Shown here piece after piece: positions 59,982-64,000 of a stretch of 64,000 bases of DNA (its first letter is position 1; each line of letters starts with the position of its first letter). Made by a program: the position numbers and the translations under genes. The notes beneath the pieces are model-generated. The model was not told the origin of the DNA, made no database searches, and saw only the letters and a program-made list of their open reading frames with translations. This DNA comes from a virus (Duplodnaviria; Caudoviricetes), in the IMG/VR virus record IMGVR_UViG_2936514734_000001, positions 175,375 through 239,374 of that record; one strand, written 5' to 3'.

Positions 59982-62900
59982 ATGGCTGACAATCGTTATA
60001 ATGGCGAACAAGAACAACAGGAAAGGGGTAGTCTACTCGGCTCTGTCGCTCGTACCGGAGCGCTAATGGGTGGAGGTTTAATGGCATACCGGAACAGAGC
60101 GGCAATCAGCAGAGGACTTTCTGAGCTGTCTAGCAATGCCGCTATCGTAGGTAGTCGTACACTTTCTAAAGATAATCATGTAGGTAATGTTTTATCAGAT
60201 GCACGTATCTTTATGACGGGTATTTCCGATGCATTAGGTGACAATCCTTCCGTTATTAGAACATTACGAGCGAGCTATGATAATAACATTCAAGAAAAAA
60301 TGCGTAAGAATTTCGAGGATTCTATACGTAACAATATTAAAAAGCGTCAAATGCTAAACAATAGACCAGGGCAAAACAAGACAGAGTTTGTTTCTCGTTA
60401 CTATAAAGACTTTCATAAGCGGGAAATGGGTGGCTTAAATAAATTCCAATATGCAGCTACTCAACGTTTCCGCCAAAACCAAGTCTTAAACGAGCTTCGT
60501 AAAAAGTCTGAGATAAGGAATAATGGCGGGGATAAAGTCCTTAATGCCCTTATGGATTATCACAACAACAATAAAGGAATCTTAAACCAGCCTGCTAACC
60601 ATATTGATGATTTCCTAAAGAAATTAGAGAACGGTGACTATAAACACAAAGTTTCCTTTAAGGATGATACACAGCGAAATGCTTTTCAGAAGCAGATGCT
60701 TCAAACGTTAGAAAAGTATTCTGACACAAAGAAGGTATTTAAAGCTAATGAAGGTCAACTTGGCAAAGATGCTAAAGCTCTAGAAACAGCTTCTTCATAT
60801 GGATTCATTAAGGATGCTATGGAGTCAACTTCTAAAATAGGAAAAGCCTTAGAGAAGAAGGGTTTTAAACCTACTACCTTAAAAGACGTTGAACATTTTG
60901 ATGAAATGAACAAGCGGAAGTATGGATTAATCATTGATGATGTTGACCATAAAGGAAACACAGTCTCTGTTGATCTTACTAAAGAATTACGTAAATTTCT
61001 TGATTCTAATAAACATAATGATCAATTAAAGACTCTTCTTGGAAACAAAGGTCTCTCGTTTGATTTTGAAAACATTGTCCTAGACAAGAACCTATATACT
61101 CATAAGCAAACAGGTGAAATGATTGATAATCGTCACTTGAAAGACATTGCGGTTACTTCAATTGATAAGTTTCAAGAATCTGTTAAAGTACCTTTCTTAA
61201 ATATCAACCCCGTAGACTTAACTCCATGGCAAGCTATCCGTTCAGGACAATCAAAAGAAGGTTTACATTTACTAGGTGCAGGTCAAGTTCATGGCTTTGT
61301 TAGAAACCTAGGAGATCAAACATTTGAAGACGTTGCAAAAGTCACTCATGAAGGTGCAATTCGTAACCCTTTAAATAATAGCAACCATTTCTATGTTAAT
61401 GGAAATGTATTTCGTCATACTGATGAAAAGGGATTAGAATTAATCGATGAAAACCTTTATTTAGCTCCTTCTCAATTCGGTGCATTCTCACGTATGCATA
61501 AGAATATGACAAACTATAGTGAGCATGAAAAGGTAGACGAACGTGGCTGGATTAAAAAACTCTTCGATGTTGGATATCAAGAAGGGGAAAGTCGATTAAC
61601 CACGTATCGAAAAGCATGGGATAAGTTAAAAGATCCTATGTATGGCCCAAATGCTTTAAGAAGTATGGTCTATGATCTACATACTACTGATGAAGGACAA
61701 GCGGATTTAATAAGGGACGTATACAATGTTATGCGTGTCGGTATAGATAAAAATGCAGAAAGTCTAACCCGAGAGGCAAGTGAAGTATTAGCTCCTCATG
61801 TTAATAAGCTGTTTGAACATATCAAGGTTAATGGTGAAGCATTTGATTTTGCTCGCTTAGCAGACGATGACTATTTAAAAGATGCTGCTTTAGTCTTCAA
61901 TAAAGAGCTAAAAGACCAGAAAACAAATATCGGCATGTTTAAGTCTCAACCTCGCTCAGTATATGAAAGTAACTTAAATGAGAGAGAAGCGGGCAAGTTT
62001 TATGATGATCCATCCGTAAAAGAACTAACTAGATGGACAAATAAGTATATCAAAGACCCTGAAGGATTTAGTGCTTCTAAAGAGGCTCCTGTAGAACGTA
62101 AACTCCCTTCAATGTTTGATTTTGTTGTTCCTCTAATGGGTGACGATCAAAACCTTATTCCTGCTACAGAAAAATTACGTCGTTCATTCCACCAATATGC
62201 ATTACGCTCTTTAGATGACCAAGCGGGAGATTTTGCACCTGAAAAAGTTAAAAATGGAATAAGACAAAGAAGTTCTCTTGCTTATTTAATTGATGCTAGG
62301 AACAAAGGCGTTTTATCTGAGAGTGATGTTAAAAATGCTAAAGACTTAGAGTTATATACAGACTTATTGAGCTATGACAACATTCACGATATAAATGCAA
62401 GACCTGCAGAAGCTAAGACGTTCTTAAATGACATTATGAATATTCAAAGTGGTAATGTTTCTTACGATGAACGTAAATTAGTTTTTGAATCAGGTGGCGT
62501 TCAATTAACAGGATTAGGTCAAGATTTACAAGAAGGTATATTACGTGCTCAACCTATTTGGGGTAAAGCTCCCGAACCAAGCAAGCCTTCTATTAACGGT
62601 GCTGATTTTATCATTATGCGTAAAAGCGGATTGGCACAGACAGGTAAAGAAGTAGTCTCTGAACTAAATTTAAATAACCTTAAAAACTATGGACCAATTG
62701 AGGACGGATGGGATCTTGCAATTAATACTGAAATGTATGCAAGAAATGCCGCTTCAACTCTTCTTGATTCAAGTAAGAGCGTTGTTAAGGAAATGTTTGC
62801 AGGAAGACATAGAAAAAGTGACACACTTGAAAATGTTACTACTGCAACAGGTATCATGTATGGCTTAGCAGAGCGATTAGATAATCAGTTAACTAACTTC

Positions 62901-64000
62901 GGGCTTGGTTTATCTCGTCAAAACTTAGGTTCATTCCAAAGTATTATGACGAACCAATACGTACGTCGTGTTGTATTACCTTATGTAGCTTATCAACAAG
63001 CTGTTTACTTTGATGGACTAACAGGTGATAGCGTTAGTGATACTGCCGCTGATGCGTATGTAACTACTCATGAAACATTAGCTGGTATTAAAGAAACATT
63101 AGGGATTAATAAGGCAATGCGTCCTTGGGCTAATGTATTTAAACAAGCTGGTGGTTTTGATCAAATTGGAGAATGGGCAGGAGTAAAACAGTTAGACTTC
63201 TTAACTTTCGGTCTATTTAGTGACTTCCGAAATGCTGATGAAGTAAGAGACTATTATGAAAGTGGAGAAGACCCAATTCGTAAAAATAGATATTGGGGAA
63301 TAGGTTCTCCTTCACCTTGGGCGGGTGCCGGAATTGATCACTATGAAGCTAACTGGTATCGCAAACTAAAGTCTGATTACAAATTTACAGATACAATGTA
63401 CGGAAGCGAAAGTGAGTATTGGGCAAACAATTGGATGCCTACTCTAACACACCCTTTTGCTCCAATTAAACACTTCTTAACAGACCCTTATCATTATGAG
63501 AAAAAGCATGAAGATGATCGCCCTTATGCTATTACTGGTGGATTTAGTGAGATTCAAAACATTCCTCTAGTAGGTAACCTTATAGACAGTACGGTTGGAC
63601 GTATTCTTAAACCACGTTTAGAGCATAAAGGTTTAGAAAAAGCTCACAAAGAATATCTATCTGCAATTAACGATTATATTAAAGAACAGCATAGTCCTGT
63701 AGAAGATGGTTCATATGTTTCTATTTCTGGAACTGGTGCAGTTGAACAGTACAATATGAATGCTGATCCAGGAACAGAGGATTTATTCGGTGGCACAGCA
63801 GCTGTTTACGGTGAAGATGCAGGAATCGTTAATCACGGTAATGCCATTACTCCTACTTATCGCACTCAAGTATCGGGTGGTGTTGGAAGTGGTGAAGACT
63901 TACATACTCCTGGTGGTCCAAGTTTCTTGGGACAAGGATCTGGAACAGTTGGTGGAAGCATAACTGGCCGTGGTATTAGTGGTTCTTCTAAGTCTCAAAG
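59982..64000 (+). CDS. Giant virion protein, probable tape measure (partial, >1300 aa; absent from the ORF track because it has no stop in the window)
   Basis: ATG 59982 after GGCGGTGA; frame reads MADNRYNGEQ... and appears open where spot-checked; follows the tail chaperones. Confidence 0.7.
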   Translation, partial: MADNRYNGEQEQQERGSLLGSVARTGALMGGGLMAYRNRAAISRGLSELSSNAAIVGSRTLSKDNHVGNVLSDARIFMTGISDALGDNPSVIRTLRASYDNNIQEKMRKNFEDSIRNNIKKRQMLNNRPGQNKTEFVSRYYKDFHKREMGGLNKFQYAATQRFRQNQVLNELRKKSEIRNNGGDKVLNALMDYHNNNKGILNQPANHIDDFLKKLENGDYKHKVSFKDDTQRNAFQKQMLQTLEKYSDTKKVFKANEGQLGKDAKALETASSYGFIKDAMESTSKIGKALEKKGFKPTTLKDVEHFDEMNKRKYGLIIDDVDHKGNTVSVDLTKELRKFLDSNKHNDQLKTLLGNKGLSFDFENIVLDKNLYTHKQTGEMIDNRHLKDIAVTSIDKFQESVKVPFLNINPVDLTPWQAIRSGQSKEGLHLLGAGQVHGFVRNLGDQTFEDVAKVTHEGAIRNPLNNSNHFYVNGNVFRHTDEKGLELIDENLYLAPSQFGAFSRMHKNMTNYSEHEKVDERGWIKKLFDVGYQEGESRLTTYRKAWDKLKDPMYGPNALRSMVYDLHTTDEGQADLIRDVYNVMRVGIDKNAESLTREASEVLAPHVNKLFEHIKVNGEAFDFARLADDDYLKDAALVFNKELKDQKTNIGMFKSQPRSVYESNLNEREAGKFYDDPSVKELTRWTNKYIKDPEGFSASKEAPVERKLPSMFDFVVPLMGDDQNLIPATEKLRRSFHQYALRSLDDQAGDFAPEKVKNGIRQRSSLAYLIDARNKGVLSESDVKNAKDLELYTDLLSYDNIHDINARPAEAKTFLNDIMNIQSGNVSYDERKLVFESGGVQLTGLGQDLQEGILRAQPIWGKAPEPSKPSINGADFIIMRKSGLAQTGKEVVSELNLNNLKNYGPIEDGWDLAINTEMYARNAASTLLDSSKSVVKEMFAGRHRKSDTLENVTTATGIMYGLAERLDNQLTNFGLGLSRQNLGSFQSIMTNQYVRRVVLPYVAYQQAVYFDGLTGDSVSDTAADAYVTTHETLAGIKETLGINKAMRPWANVFKQAGGFDQIGEWAGVKQLDFLTFGLFSDFRNADEVRDYYESGEDPIRKNRYWGIGSPSPWAGAGIDHYEANWYRKLKSDYKFTDTMYGSESEYWANNWMPTLTHPFAPIKHFLTDPYHYEKKHEDDRPYAITGGFSEIQNIPLVGNLIDSTVGRILKPRLEHKGLEKAHKEYLSAINDYIKEQHSPVEDGSYVSISGTGAVEQYNMNADPGTEDLFGGTAAVYGEDAGIVNHGNAITPTYRTQVSGGVGSGEDLHTPGGPSFLGQGSGTVGGSITGRGISGSSKSQ

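Overview
This AT-rich Bacillus-type window looks like part of a large contractile-tailed phage that can also persist as a plasmid. (1) 760-9300 (- strand): a complete prokaryotic ubiquitin-like cassette of the PRTRC type. It has a four-unit poly-Ubl precursor, an E2-like protein, a JAB peptidase and a ThiF/E1 enzyme, followed by RNase H and OB-fold genes, with a Spx homologue upstream. (2) 9640-12890 (+): plasmid maintenance module with a RepA_N initiator carrying internal iterons, a probable antisense RNA, and a ParM-like actin plus adaptor. (3) 12900-35200 (-): many small genes, SpoVG, a CCA-adding/HD enzyme, an atypical tRNA-like gene, a circularly permuted tRNA-like RNA, an SF1B helicase and a ~1450-aa single-chain two-barrel RNA polymerase (YonO/cellular RdRP-like). 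Conserved hairpins punctuate this block. (4) 35500-64000 (+): two probable anti-defence sponge genes, terminase (large subunit with an intein), portal, protease/scaffold, capsid, neck, two sheath-like and three tube-like genes, chaperones, and a giant virion ORF that runs off the window. All calls come from reading motifs by eye; no database search was run.
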